NCBI RefSeq assembly: GCF_001194135.2
Contig: NC_068988.1
Span: forward strand, 83,650,185 to 83,689,839
DNA length: 39,655 nt
Direction: 5' to 3'
Source of the DNA: Octopus bimaculoides
Lineage: Eukaryota
Positions 1 to 12,149 of the stretch are shown in pieces. Under the pieces are notes generated by a model. It did not search any database, was not told where the DNA came from, and saw only the letters and a program-made list of their open reading frames with translations. The translations under genes were made by a program, and so were the position numbers. Every line of letters begins with the position of its first letter. The stretch's first letter is position 1.

Positions 1-1719
1 TATATATATATATATATACACACACACATATATATATATACATATATATATATATATGTATGTATATACATATATGGTGGCTACAGCTCAATTTTGAACA
101 ATGCTATCGCTTGATTTTTTTAAACATGAGTAACATGGATGTAGTTTTTCAGTACTGCACTTTTGTATAGAGCATGTCTTGCAGCAGCTGTACCGCCTAT
201 GCTAATATATATCTTCATTCCATCATAGAATTTTTTATTGAGTGTTTTGCTTTTTTCAAGCTACAGCCAATCATAGTATACAACACATGATAGAAATGTT
301 AAAAATCAAGCAACACCTATGCCTGAAGTCTTTTTAAAGTGAGGAAATGCTTTGCTCAGAGCTAATCCCACTTTTTAAATAACACAGATCTACAGAATGG
401 AACATTTTGAAAATTGTTTTGATAATTGGACATTACTTTATATATTTTTTTTGTGCTAATTTGAAATATTAAAACAGCTCTTTCCTATTACCTAAGATTT
501 TCTCACAATTTAATGATAAAATACACCAGAATTTGTTGGAAAATCCACATATGGTAGGACAGAATGAAACTACTAAAAATGAATTTGGTACTTAATTGAG
601 TGAAATAAAAATAGCACAAATGCAATTGAAAAGTGAGAAAATAGATTTTTACTACATGGATATAGTTTAAACAAGTATCATCATAAATAGTAGCAATACT
701 ACAATAATTGGCAACAAGTAACTACATCACAATAGTATGAAATGCTATGAGAAAGTTAATTGCCTCAAACTTAACTTGAATTGAAACCTTTTATGTTCCA
801 GTAGGAACTCCAAAAACATAATAAAATGTTTACTTTCTGTCTTCTCAAGATATTCATTCTAATGATAGTGGTATGTGACAATGGAACAGAATTCGCTACA
901 TTGGAGGATTAATCAATGCAAACTAAAACTTCTATCTTCAATTAAAAAAAAAACCCAGAAAGAATCAAGTCTGTATTAAAAGGGGATAGTTTATCAATTA
1001 GAAACTTTGATTAGTAAATGCACCACAATCGTTATTTCAACCATCTGGCAAGTTATTTCCAGCTGAGAACTCCCTTAGCAGACAATTATGAGTCCATATC
1101 CCACTATGACTTTCACTTGGATGGTAGACATAATCCATTATCTTGTTTAACACCACCACGTGGCATCTTTGGTGCCTTTAACAGAGTTGGTTCTGTTGCA
1201 AGCACCCAGGTCACATCAACAATTTAAAGATGCCTTCCTCCTTTCCTCCCACCAATCATGGAGACCTTGTAATGGGTCAAAAGCACAGCCTCCTCCTCTT
1301 GACTAAAACATAAAAAGAATAGCAGTAAACCCCTTTTTTATGGGATTGGACAAATCATTCATTACAAGAAAAATATAATGAAATTCTCTGTAGAGGCATA
1401 TTTCTGATTCATGCTAGGAGAAGCACAGGTTGTACGGGGTTAGATGTTACCAGTGACACTCTCAAGCATTCTTTGTTAAAGTGATGCTTTGCCAGCCATG
1501 GTCTTTATTGATTACTATGAGCTGAAATGTCTTGGAACTCTAAAACAATGGACCTTTCATTCTCCTGTCCTCTGCATAGATGCATTCCATGTGCTAGTCA
1601 TTATTTTCATGAACATGATAACTTCAGGCATCTTCCTCTTATCACTCCTTTCTTTGTCTTTTTTATTTATGTATATTGACAGCTACTAGATGAACTAACA
1701 CACACACACACACACACAT

Positions 1720-1935
1720 TATCATCATCAGCATTTAATGTCTTGTTTCCTTATGCTGACATTAGTTGAGTGGTTTGACAGGATCCAGTGAGCTAGAGGA
1801 CCACAGCATGCTCCAATGTCTGCTTTGGCATGGTTTCTATGACTGGATGCCCTTCCAAACACCAACTGCTTAAAAGAGTGTATTGTGTACTTTTCTCCTT
1901 GCATTAATACTAGTAAGGCTGCCTCACAACTTGCA
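1720..1935 (-). mobile_element. RTE 3'-end-only copy
   Basis: Reverse complement resembles the 8950-9148 3' end, with an (ATC)n tail. Confidence 0.65.
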
Positions 1936-3766
1936 AGAGTAAGAGTCTACAGGTGCTGCTATAAATGAAGGACAATAATAGATAACGTGAGAGATGATTC
2001 TACATGGAATGATGAATGAAAGTAAAGTGAGTGGAATAGCTTGATAGTAGTGAGAGGATGGTAGTGGAGAGAGTAACACAGTAGACAGGAAATATGGACG
2101 GGACATTGACAGGGAAAAGATTGGTGTCAGTGGTGTTTAAGAACTTTCTTACTGGTTTTCTTTTAATCTAAAATCTAACCAAGCATAGATTAACAGCTAA
2201 TCTGACATGGATTAGTAATAACAGTCTCTGGTAAATGAGTGCTGTAAGCAGTCCAATGAATTACATTGTTTTCTTTAATAGTATTCACACACACACACAC
2301 ACACATGCACACAATATATATATATATAAAAGAGAGTTTGTGTGTGCGTGTGTGTGCGTGTGCGCGTGTGTGTGTGCATGTTCCGTATGCATTCCAAAAC
2401 CAAGTTACTGATTTTGACGTATGGTGTACCAAAAGATCCAGTAAGCTTTCGGCTACCAACTAAACTTTGTTTTCATTCACATATTTGTATTACAAAAATT
2501 TAACATTATAACTTTTCTTTTAGTCACCTATTGTAAACGACATTTTATACCACCACCACAATGACGATGATGTCACATTTTCTATATGAGTGTGTTTGCG
2601 CGTTTGTTACGTATGTTATGCTGATGACTGACAAGTATATGTGTGTGACGGTGTATGTGTCTATCAGTATACATATATTTGTGTGATGACTCACACACAC
2701 ACACACACACACACATATAAAGACAGACACACACACACACACACACACACAGACAGATATCAGCTTGACATGTGCGTTAATGTATGTGTGTGTGTCTTAG
2801 TATATGTTTGTGACTTTACCCCCCCCCCCCCACATACACACAACAGTGAAACGCACCAAATTTGAAATAGTTTAGTTTAGTTGCAGCCTGGACTTTAAAC
2901 GAACAACAACATTCACTTTAAAGTACTTCCAACATGAAGATTTGGTTGATTTGACAGCACTCACAATACTCGCAAATATATCTGAAAAAAAAATGTTATT
3001 CTGGTTTTTATAACAAATTCGGAAACTTGGTGAAGTAGAAAGCCTCATCGGCTCTTTCAATATAATTACAGAAATGTTATTCCACTCCTAACCAGTTTGA
3101 AGATAATGCTTTTTTAACAGTCCTTATCGTATTCTTGCTATGCTTTTTCGTTACTGTGAGTATCACACAACCTTTTTACTGCGTTAGTCAGTATTTATTC
3201 TACAGCCTATAATGTTACACAGTTAAAAAAATATATAGTAATGTCAAATTAATTTTTATCTTGCTACATACATCCTGCAACAAACATTTTGAATTAACAT
3301 TCACAGCAGCAACATATTCCTTTCTATACACTTTGTTCAGCATTTGTTTCAAAATTGTAAAATTAATTATTTTTGTATGAAAAATTGAGTTATGCCTTCT
3401 GAATTTTCTTGGACTTTCGCTTTCTTCACCATGACATCCATTCATTCAATCGTGAATTTTATAATATTTAGTACATGTTTCAAATAAATGTTGACTTTCT
3501 GTACTTTGTCATATTTGTGACGTATAGTAACTTTTGCTAAATTGGTGACTTTCCATTTTTTTCATAGCATAACTATGCTACAGAAAGTATGTTTTGCACC
3601 TATATTGACTACATTTCATTTCGTTTGAACTTTGTGTGTATGTTCTACTGTTTGTCAATATTATCAATTCTATGAGTGTGTATGTGTCTTTGAGTGTGTG
3701 TGTGTGTTTCTGTGTTCGTTATGTCTATCATAAACTATAGTAAAGAACACTTTACGCTGTTTTAAG

Positions 3767-3989
3767 GAAGCAGCCATCCTTTTTGTTGGTGATCCTCATG
3801 AAAATCAAGATATTCTCATTCATGTTTGAGATAACAACCTTAAACATGTTTCATACTCATCCCTCTTATGATGCTCTCCAGTATCCTCTTATTCTGTGAA
3901 ATGGACAAGATGGGGATCATTTCAATATTCCACAGATTGAACCTGCAACAGGATAGCCATTTACAAACAAAAAAGTATCGTCAAATGAC
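3767..3989 (+). mobile_element. Helitron Rep/helicase pseudogene fragment
   Basis: Translates with stops and one frameshift to EAAILFVGDPHENQDILIHV*DNNLKHVS/THPSYDALQYPLIL*NGQDGDHFNIPQIEPATG*PFTNKKVSS. H-S-YD-LQYPL is a characteristic Helitron RepHel motif. Confidence 0.75.
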
Positions 3990-4809
3990 CAACTTACCTA
4001 CTGATGTTAAGACCAGAACAATCAAATCAATTACTCATGTCAAATAAATGGTTGACCTGGTGCACCTCACCACCTAAACTGACCTTTCCAATTTTTTTTT
4101 TCCCTTTTTCATCAGATTCCTATGTTTTTGATGACAGAGATTCTGAATATGCAAAAAACTGTTTTCAAAAATTTTCATTCCCCACTCCCGTCAAATTTTT
4201 GATTTTTAACTTTTTTTGAAATATGGAGATTAAGAATATGGGAGGGGAAAATACAAATTTTTTATGAAACACTCCAAAACTGATTCACACCCCATCCCTC
4301 TGTGTAAAAGTGAAAATAAACGACTGTTTTGTCTGTCAAGTACTGTGGATAACAGTATCAACTAAACCTCCTCCCCACAAAATCAGTGGCCATGTGCTGA
4401 AATTAGAAACCATTGTTTTTATACCTTTTTACACTCAAAGATCAAAAAGGTAAAAAAAAGAAATTAAGTGGTGGCATCTATGAGCTGGTGAAGCAAATGG
4501 ATAACAATTGATGATGATGATACTGATGAACTATGTTGGATGAGGAGAACTAAATCAGCTTCAGTGATAGTTAAAATCTGCCATCAGTAAAATGCTTTAC
4601 AGTCAAATAGGTCAGCAACCAACAACCAGCTGCACAGCTATACAATAAAATGAAATATTTTCCTCTTTTTTTTCTTCTTTTTTAATTGGCCTGAAATGTG
4701 AAACTTCTTTTGGTGTTGATGTTAATGAAAGGAAATAGAGTGACATTGGAAATCATAACTAAGTTGTGCAACCTTCTAATAGCAGTTTACTTCCGCTGTA
4801 TGATGATTG

Positions 4810-5045
4810 TTCATCCTCATCATCATCATTATTTAATGTCCCTTTTTCCATGCTGGCATGGGTTGGATGGTTTGACTGGAAGCAATGAGCCAGAAGGTTG
4901 TGCCAATTGCCAATGTTTGCTTTGGCATGGTTTCTACAGTTGAATGCCCTTTCTAAGGCCAACTGCTTTACAGAGTATACTGCTGCTTTTTTTTTATATT
5001 TTACATGGTACCAGACCTAGTGAGGTCACCAAGAACTCACAAGAC
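4810..5045 (-). mobile_element. RTE 3'-end-only copy
   Basis: catcatcat tail followed by ccatgctggcatgggttggatgg. Confidence 0.7.
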
Positions 5046-5089
5046 AAGACCCTGCCAAATGAGTGGAGTATAATATTGATTTCAAATTT

Positions 5090-5652
5090 TGGCACAAGAC
5101 CTGCAAGTTTGCAGAAGGGGCAAGTTTGCTCAACTGGTACTTATCTTATTGACGCTGAAAGGACAAAAAGACAAAATGAACCTCAGCGGAATTTGAACTC
5201 AGAACATAAAGATCGACAAGATTCCGCTAAGCCTGGTGTGCTAACAAGTCTGCCAACCCACCGCTTTAGTGGAGTATAATAGCGAAAGGTTTGAAAGTAT
5301 GATAGAAGAGCAGGAATGGGTATATGCTAAAGAAGTGAATACATGGCTTCCCCAGTTGGAAAGAGAGAGAGAGGGAGATGGTAAGGGAATACCTTCAAGG
5401 TACTATGAATATATAAGAAAGAGAGAGAATAGGGATAGAGGAACAGAAAAGGTGGGTGGGTAGGTATGTGCACATGAGTGTATCATTAGTAATAATCCTT
5501 TCTACTATAGGCACAAGGTCTGATATTTTGGGGGAGGGGTAAGTCAGTTATATTGACCCTGAAAGGATAAAAGGCAAAGTTGATCTTGGCGGATTTTGAA
5601 CTCAGAACATACATACAGACGAAATGTCGCTAAGCATTTTGCCTAGAGTGCT
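5090..5652 (-). mobile_element. Two SINE family B copies (about 5090-5268 and 5490-5652)
   Basis: gaatttgaactcagaac is the reverse complement of the family B B-box region. Confidence 0.6.
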
Positions 5653-6135
5653 ACTGGATATTGTGATATAGTGATGAAGATGGTGGTGATGATGAAGATG
5701 ATGGTGGTGATGGTAAAACTAGAGATGGTGGAGGTGATGATACGAATGATGGTGGTGATGATGAGGATGATGATAGACAAAGCAGCTGAAACAAGACAGC
5801 CATGTGAGCAATGAGAATAATTCTATTATAATAGAACAAAATTAGAAACATCCAATGAATTTAGTGTATGTGATTGTGTATGTGTGAGTAGATACGTATG
5901 TGGATGAGCATGTGTATATGTGAGGAGGTGTGTCTATGTGTGTGAGGAGGTATGCATGTGTATGTGTTGCCAGGTGTGTATATGTATGCGTGCATGTGTG
6001 AGAGGAGGTATGTATGTTTCAGTGAGAGATAGTCAAGAGAAAACTAGGTCTTTAAGTAGAAAATGTGTGTGTGTATGTATGTATGTATGTATGTATGTAT
6101 GTGTGTGTATGTATGTATATATGTATATATATGTA

Positions 6136-6166
<31 letters not shown>

Positions 6167-6565
6167 ATGTATGTATGTATTGATTGTACAGATTTTATAT
6201 ATTAAGAAAAGGGAGGTAGTCAGAATTTTTGATAATTATTTATTTAGTGCTTTCATCTAGCTTCAGAGAATTATACACACATACATACAGGGGCGAATAT
6301 ATGTGCATAGTCAAACATATATGTATGTGTTTGACAAAAAAATTAATAAAGAAGAAATTCTCCACTGAGACATAGTAAAAGATGGCTATTAACCAGTATT
6401 AATAACTTACCTCTTTTTAGTAGCTCATTTTATTTTATACATTTAGCTCCAGTTTCTTATAGTCAAGCTTCTGGCTCCTAATTTGGATCCAGTTTTAATA
6501 ATCTGATTTTATTTTGGGTGGGAGTAGGGAGATATTGTCTTGCATTTATTTGAAATATAATGAAA

Positions 6566-6600
<35 letters not shown>

Positions 6601-6855
6601 ACCACTGCTTGAGAAGCAGTGTTGGTTTGTTTACATCCCCTTAACTCAGAAATTCAGCAAAAAAGAAAAAAGTACCAGGCTTTAAAAAAATAAAGTACTA
6701 GGATCAAATTACTTGACAAAAAAACCTTCAAAGTGTTGTTCCCAGAGTGGCTGCAGTCCAAAAATTGAAACAAGTAAAAGATGAAAAGACACCTGTTTCA
6801 CATTCTCAGACTGACATGGAAGAACTTTTGGCTTCTGTAGTGAAATTAAAAGGTA

Positions 6856-7016
6856 GGTGCAGGCATGGCTATGTGGTAAGAAGTTTGCTTCCCAACCACA
6901 TGGTTCCATGTTCAGTCCCACTGTGTGACACCTTGGGCAAATGTCTTCTACTATAGCCTTGGGTCAACAAAAGCTTTGTGAGTGGATTTGGTAGACAGAA
7001 ACTGAAAGAAGCCTGT
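6856..7016 (+). mobile_element. tRNA-derived SINE family A, 5' half
   Basis: A-box-like tggctatgtgg and B-box-like gttcagtcc (6910-6918). Related heads at about 21940-22040 (+), 22885-23030 (-) and 29365-29520 (-); 3' halves at about 6590-6790, 9165-9222 and 14490-14650. Confidence 0.7.
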
Positions 7017-9111
7017 TAAAGCAATTAAGATATGAAGACAGGGAAAGCCTCCATCCCATCAGGAATCACTGCAGAGATGCTCAAAATATCTGGCAGTGTC
7101 GGCTATAGCCTAGTCATCCGTGTTGTTAACCAGGTGATACATGAAGGAGTCATGCCCAATGACTGGTGTAGCAGCACCATAGTCAACTGCTACAAAGGTA
7201 AAGGTGACGCTTTAGATACAAATAATTACAGAGGTATCAAGTTGTTGGATCAGGTAATGAAAGTCACGGAGAGGGTCATAGCCCAACTAATTAGGGAGAG
7301 AGTCATTTTAGATGAGATGCAGTTTGGGCTCGTGCCAGCGAAAAGCACCACTGATGCTATATTTCTGGTCAGACAGCAGCAGGAGAAATACCTAGCCAAA
7401 GATAAACCTCTGTACCTGGCTTTCGTTGACATGGAGAACGCCTTTGACAGGGTCCCCCGCTCCCTTATCTGGTGGTCAATGAGGAAACTAGGGATAGATG
7501 AGTGGTTACTGAGAGCTGTGTAAGCCAGGTATAGGGACGCTGTCAGTAAGGTGAGGGTTGGCAACGAGTACAGTGAAGAATTCCCGGTAGAGGTAGGGGT
7601 CCACCAAGGTTCTGTCCTCAGCCCCCTCCTATTTATCATAGTCCTCCAGGCAATAACACAGGAATTCAAGACAGGATGCCCCTGGGAGCTCCTCTATGCT
7701 AATGACCTTGTGCTAATTGCTGAGTCACTATCAGAACTAGAGAAGTTTCAGGTATGGAAGCAAGGACTAGAATCGAAGGGCCTTAGAGTCAACCTAGATA
7801 AAACCAAAGTCCTAATAANNNNNNNNNNNNNNNNNNNNNNNNNNNNNNNNNNNNNNNNNNNNNNNNNNNNNNNNNNNNNNNNNNNNNNNNNNNNNNNNNN
7901 NNNNNNNNNNNNNNNNNNNNNNNNNNNNNNNNNNNNNNNNNNNNNNNNNNNNNNNNNNNNNNNNNNNNNNNNNNNNNNNNNNNNNNNNNNNNNNNNNNNN
8001 NNNNNNNNNNNNNNNNNNNNNNNNNNNNNNNNNNNNNNNNNNNNNNNNNNNNNNNNNNNNNNNNNNNNNNNNNNNNNNNGCATGTGTACAAACAGCAATG
8101 CTACATGGCAGTGAAACATGGGCCGTGACTGTTGAGGACATGCGTAAGCTCGCAAGGAATGAAGCCAGTATGCTCCGATGGATGTGTAAAGTTAGTGTGC
8201 ATACTCGACAGTGTAAGTACCTTGAGGAAAAGTTGAACCTAAGAAGCATCAGTTGTGGTGTGCAAGAGAGACGATTGCACTAGTATGGTCATGTGGTGAG
8301 AATGGATGATGATAGCTGTGTGAAAAAGTGTCACACCCTAGTGGTTGAGGGAACCTCTGGAAGAAGTAGACCCAAGAAAACCTGGGATGAGGTGGTGAAG
8401 CACACTCTTTGAACATTAGGCCTCACCGAGGCAATGACTTGTGACCGAGACTTTTGGAAATATGCTGTGCGTGAGAAGACCCGGCAAGCCAAGTGAGACC
8501 ACTTATGTGTACCTTTCCTTCGTTGGACACTAATCTCCACTTGCAAAGACCTGTTGAGGCAAGTGAAATCAAAATCGAACCAAATTCGCCGACCGGCACC
8601 TGTGCTAATGTCTCTTTTATTGGACACTAAACTCGGCTTGTGAAGACCTGTTGGAGCAAGTGAAAGTGAAATCGTGATGGCACCTGTACCAGTGGAGCGC
8701 TAAGAGCACCGTCCGAGCATGATAGTTGCCAGAGCAGCTGTCTGGCTTCCGAGCCAGTGGCACGATAATAGCACCATTTGAGTGTGATCGTTACCAGCGT
8801 CGCCTCCCTGGCACTTGTGCCGCTGACACGTGAAAAGACATTCAAGCGAGGTTGTTGCCAGTGCGGCGGGACTGGCTCCTGTGCAGGTGGCACGTAAAGT
8901 ACACCATTTTGAGTGTGGCCGTTGCCAGTACTGCCTGACTGGCCTTCAGGCACGTAAAAGCACCCACTACACTCTCAGAGTGGTTGGCATTAGGAAGGGC
9001 ATCCAGCTGTAGAAACTCTGCCAAATCAGATTGGAGCCTGGTGTAGCCATCTGGTTTGCCAGTCCTCAGTCAATTCGTCCAACCCATGCTAGCATGGAAA
9101 GTGGACGTTAA

Positions 9112-9143
<32 letters not shown>

Positions 9144-9148
9144 AATGA
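7017..9148 (+). mobile_element. 5'-truncated RTE-clade LINE (RT pseudogene, 3' UTR, (GAT)n tail)
   Basis: RT motifs NYRGIKLL, QFG, AFVDMENAFDRV, GVHQGSVLSPLLF and YAND (from YADD); premature stop at 7521-7523; frameshift near 7740; N-gap 7819-8079; GAT tail at about 9114-9148. Confidence 0.92.
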
Positions 9149-9246
9149 TATGTATATGTATATATTTTTGTGTTGGTGTGTTTACATCCCCATAACTTAG
9201 CAGTTCAGCAAAAGTGAATGATATATATATATATATATATATATAT

Positions 9247-9484
9247 GAGGAGTTTTGTTATAGGTATAAAAATATACCATAAACAAGTATAAAAAATGGA
9301 GAAAAAATGTAGAATCAGAAAGAGATTTATTACAAAACTGGATTCAATGCATACGTACATTTCAAAAAACAATGCAAATGTGAAAAAAAAAATTTTTAAT
9401 CATAGTAATTATAATTAAATTTATTCAATGTCATTCTCATCAGTGTGAGGAATCTCTTGAAGAACATCAAGAAAGTTTAATAAG
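9247..9484 (-). mobile_element. Penelope-like pseudo-LTR / retrozyme-type repeat, copy 1
   Basis: About 238 bp, the inverted copy of 12150-12387 (roughly 90% identical by eye); abuts (AT)n; carries a hammerhead fold. Confidence 0.55.
9341..9454 (-). ncRNA. Type I hammerhead ribozyme fold (degenerate copy) in Penelope-like repeat
   Basis: CUGAUGA at 9443-9437 and GAAA at 9363-9360; helix III AUGUACGU; GUA cleavage triplet (A at 9352); interrupted helix I gattcctcaca/tgcattgaatc; helix II partly decayed. Confidence 0.6.
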
Positions 9485-9562
9485 TATAAATTTTATTTCC
9501 TTCATTGATAGGTTAGTCCTATTCTTTGCGAAAATAAGAGCCTTATTAATATTCTCTGTGCG

Positions 9563-9607
9563 TGCATGTATGTATGTGTGCTTGTGTTTATACACTTGAA
9601 TTCTTGT

Positions 9608-9657
<50 letters not shown>

Positions 9658-9695
9658 TATGCATTGTGTGTGTGTGTGTACATGTATGCATATAC

Positions 9696-9746
<51 letters not shown>

Positions 9747-9998
9747 CATATAGGTATGTATGTATGTGCATTGTGTGCTTTATATTTTTATGTGTATATG
9801 CTTGATTATGTGCGTGTGTATGTATACATGTATTTTTTTCGTGTATGCATACATTAACACACACGCATATACATATGTACATCCGTGTGTATATTTAGAG
9901 GAACGTTTATATATATATATATATACATTTCTTTTCCCTCTTGTATGTATGTATGTGTAATGTATGTGCATGTTTATGGATGTGAGTGTATATGTACG

Positions 9999-10085
<87 letters not shown>
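9563..10085. repeat. Compound microsatellite field (GT)n/(AT)n/(GTAT)n
   Basis: Directly visible. Similar tracts at 1-75, 2290-2380, 2690-2760, 6060-6180, 19140-19220, 27815-27910 (GA)n, 29265-29365, 29520-29676, 32365-32490 and 39580-39655. Confidence 0.97.
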
Positions 10086-10086
<1 letters not shown>

Positions 10087-10131
10087 GGAAATTTAAATGA
10101 GAGTTTTGACGCTAATATCCATTATTATTGA

Positions 10132-10243
10132 AGTTTATTTCCTATGTCAACATTTCTGTATAAGGTTATATTTAACTGTCAAATTCAAGTTAAATAAGTA
10201 AATTACCTTACACATCCTCAGGGTAAAAGGTAAAGAGTAAACT
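10132..10243 (-). ncRNA. Type I hammerhead ribozyme fold
   Basis: CUGAGGA at 10221-10215; 10-bp helix II tgtgtaaggt/accttataca; GAAA at 10156-10153; self-complementary helix III AUGUUGACAU; AUA triplet (A at 10143); interrupted helix I. Confidence 0.7.
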
Positions 10244-11318
10244 CCAAAAGCATCGTCTCTAAGTCTGGTTCATATTCAAATTTCTCCTTAAATAAAGGTC
10301 CGTCTAAGGGAGAAAACCCTCATAATGTTATTAACTATAAACAATCAAATATTACAAATTATTGATTCCTGGTAATAAATTCTAAATCAATGGAAANNNN
10401 NNNNNNNNNNNNNNNNNNNNNNNNNNNNNNNNNNNNNNNNNNNNNNNNNNNNNNNNNNNNNNNNNNNNNNNNNNNNNNNNNNNNNNNNNNNNNNNNNNNN
10501 NNNNNNNNNNNNNNNNNNNNNNNNNNNNNNNNNNNNNNNNNNNNNNNNNNNNNNNNNNNNNNNNNNNNNNNNNNNNNNNNNNNNNNNNNNNNNNNNNNNN
10601 NNNNNNNNNNNNNNNNNNNNNNNNNNNNNNNNNNNNNNNNNNNNNNNNNNNNNNNNNNNNNNNNNNNNNNNNNNNNNNNNNNNNNNNNNNNNNNNNNNNN
10701 NNNNNNNNNNNNNNNNNNNNNNNNNNNNNNNNNNNNNNNNNNNNNNNNNNNNNNNNNNNNNNNNNNNNNNNNNNNNNNNNNNNNNNNNNNNNNNNNNNNN
10801 NNNNNNNNNNNNNNNNNNNNNNNNNNNNNNNNNNNNNNNNNNNNNNNNNNNNNNNNNNNNNNNNNNNNNNNNNNNNNNNNNNNNNNNNNNNNNNNNNNNN
10901 NNNNNNNNNNNNNNNNNNNNNNNNNNNNNNNNNNNNNNNNNNNNNNNNNNNNNNNNNNNNNNNNNNNNNNNNNNNNNNNNNNNNNNNNNNNNNNNNNNNN
11001 NNNNNNNNNNNNNNNNNNNNNNNNNNNNNNNNNNNNNNNNNNNNNNNNNNNNNNNNNNNNNNNNNNNNNNNNNNNNNNNNNNNNNNNNNNNNNNNNNNNN
11101 NNNNNNNNNNNNNNNNNNNNNNNNNNNNNNNNNNNNNNNNNNNNNNNNNNNNNNNNNNNNNAAGAAGAGGGAAAATGAAAATTTTTTTTACAAGAAAGTA
11201 AAAAATAATATATAAAGTTCAATGGTAATCCATGTAGATAATAGTTGGAAAAATTAGGATGCATGAAATTGAAAGTTGCGTTAGGTCTATATATATACAC
11301 ACGCACGTTCTTATTTTT

Positions 11319-11706
11319 TTGGCGTTCCTTCGATATAACTCACCAAAACAAACACTCGACTGTTTCCGTAACAACTCGACAACTCACTTCAGATATCTCC
11401 GTGGCAGCTGCTGTGACCTCCGTAACAGCTGCTGTGACCTTCATGACAGCTGGTGTGACCTCCGTGACAGCTGCTAAAATGGGAGAAAGTTAATGGGTTG
11501 TGTGTACGTGCTTGTTCTTGTGTGTGTATGTGTGTGTGTGTGTGTGCTTGTTCTTGTCTGTGTGGCTGCGTGTGTGCGTGCTTGTTCTTGTCTGTGTGCG
11601 GATTTTACATACCCGCATGAAGATATCCGAAGTGAATTGTCTGGTTGTCACGGAAACAGTCGAGTGTTTGTTTTGGTTTTGTCGAGTTATATCGAAGGAA
11701 CGCCAA
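11319..11706. mobile_element. MITE-like element with about 85-90-bp inverted arms and internal 21-bp tandem repeats
   Basis: 11319-11403 is the reverse complement of 11616-11706 (ttggcgttccttcgatataactc...cacttc-gatatct). Confidence 0.7.
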
Positions 11707-12149
11707 CGCCTTTTTTTTCTCCGTTTTTCAATATTATTATGTATACGTATAACTCTCTATGGCTTTTTCTGCTAATGAAATCGTTACGTTGTATTGTACG
11801 AGGCACACGTGGCCTTGTTTACATTGTATATCGTCTCGACTTGTTACTATTTTTTAAAACATATCTGTTAGANNNNNNNNNNTATCGTCTCGACTTGTTA
11901 CTATTTTTTAAAACATATCTGTTAGATTCTTATGTTATAGTTTTACTGCACATATAGACTTGCATACACATTGATAAGTCTTTCTTTTTTTCTTTTTCGT
12001 CTCTCTCACTATTATTATTATTGTTTTTGTTATCATTATTTTTCCCTTTCACAACTTGGTTTGTAAATTATCCGATTTTCCCTTACTGCCCCATCTGTGT
12101 TCTCTTATTATATCTTATTCTATTTTTATTATATTTTATTCTATTTCTT

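Noticed and set aside
1018-1650. Coding-looking, GC-richer stretch
   Set aside because: Stops in all extended frames and no assignable motif; probably a decayed element
3215-3445. 76-aa minus ORF with a GTATGT donor, and a nearby SSCWKYFK (BED-finger-like) peptide at 2872-3060
   Set aside because: No recognisable homology, and the Cys/His pattern is incomplete
4515-4592. CTGATGA with an actat/atagt stem
   Set aside because: Lacks GAAA and a cleavage triplet
9467-10100. Many [12 protein letters not shown] ORFs here and elsewhere
   Set aside because: They are translations of microsatellites
11397-11476. CRISPR-like periodic repeat
   Set aside because: A head-to-tail minisatellite without unique spacers, in eukaryotic DNA
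11822-11927. About 45-bp direct duplication around a 10-N gap
   Set aside because: Most likely an unmerged contig overlap
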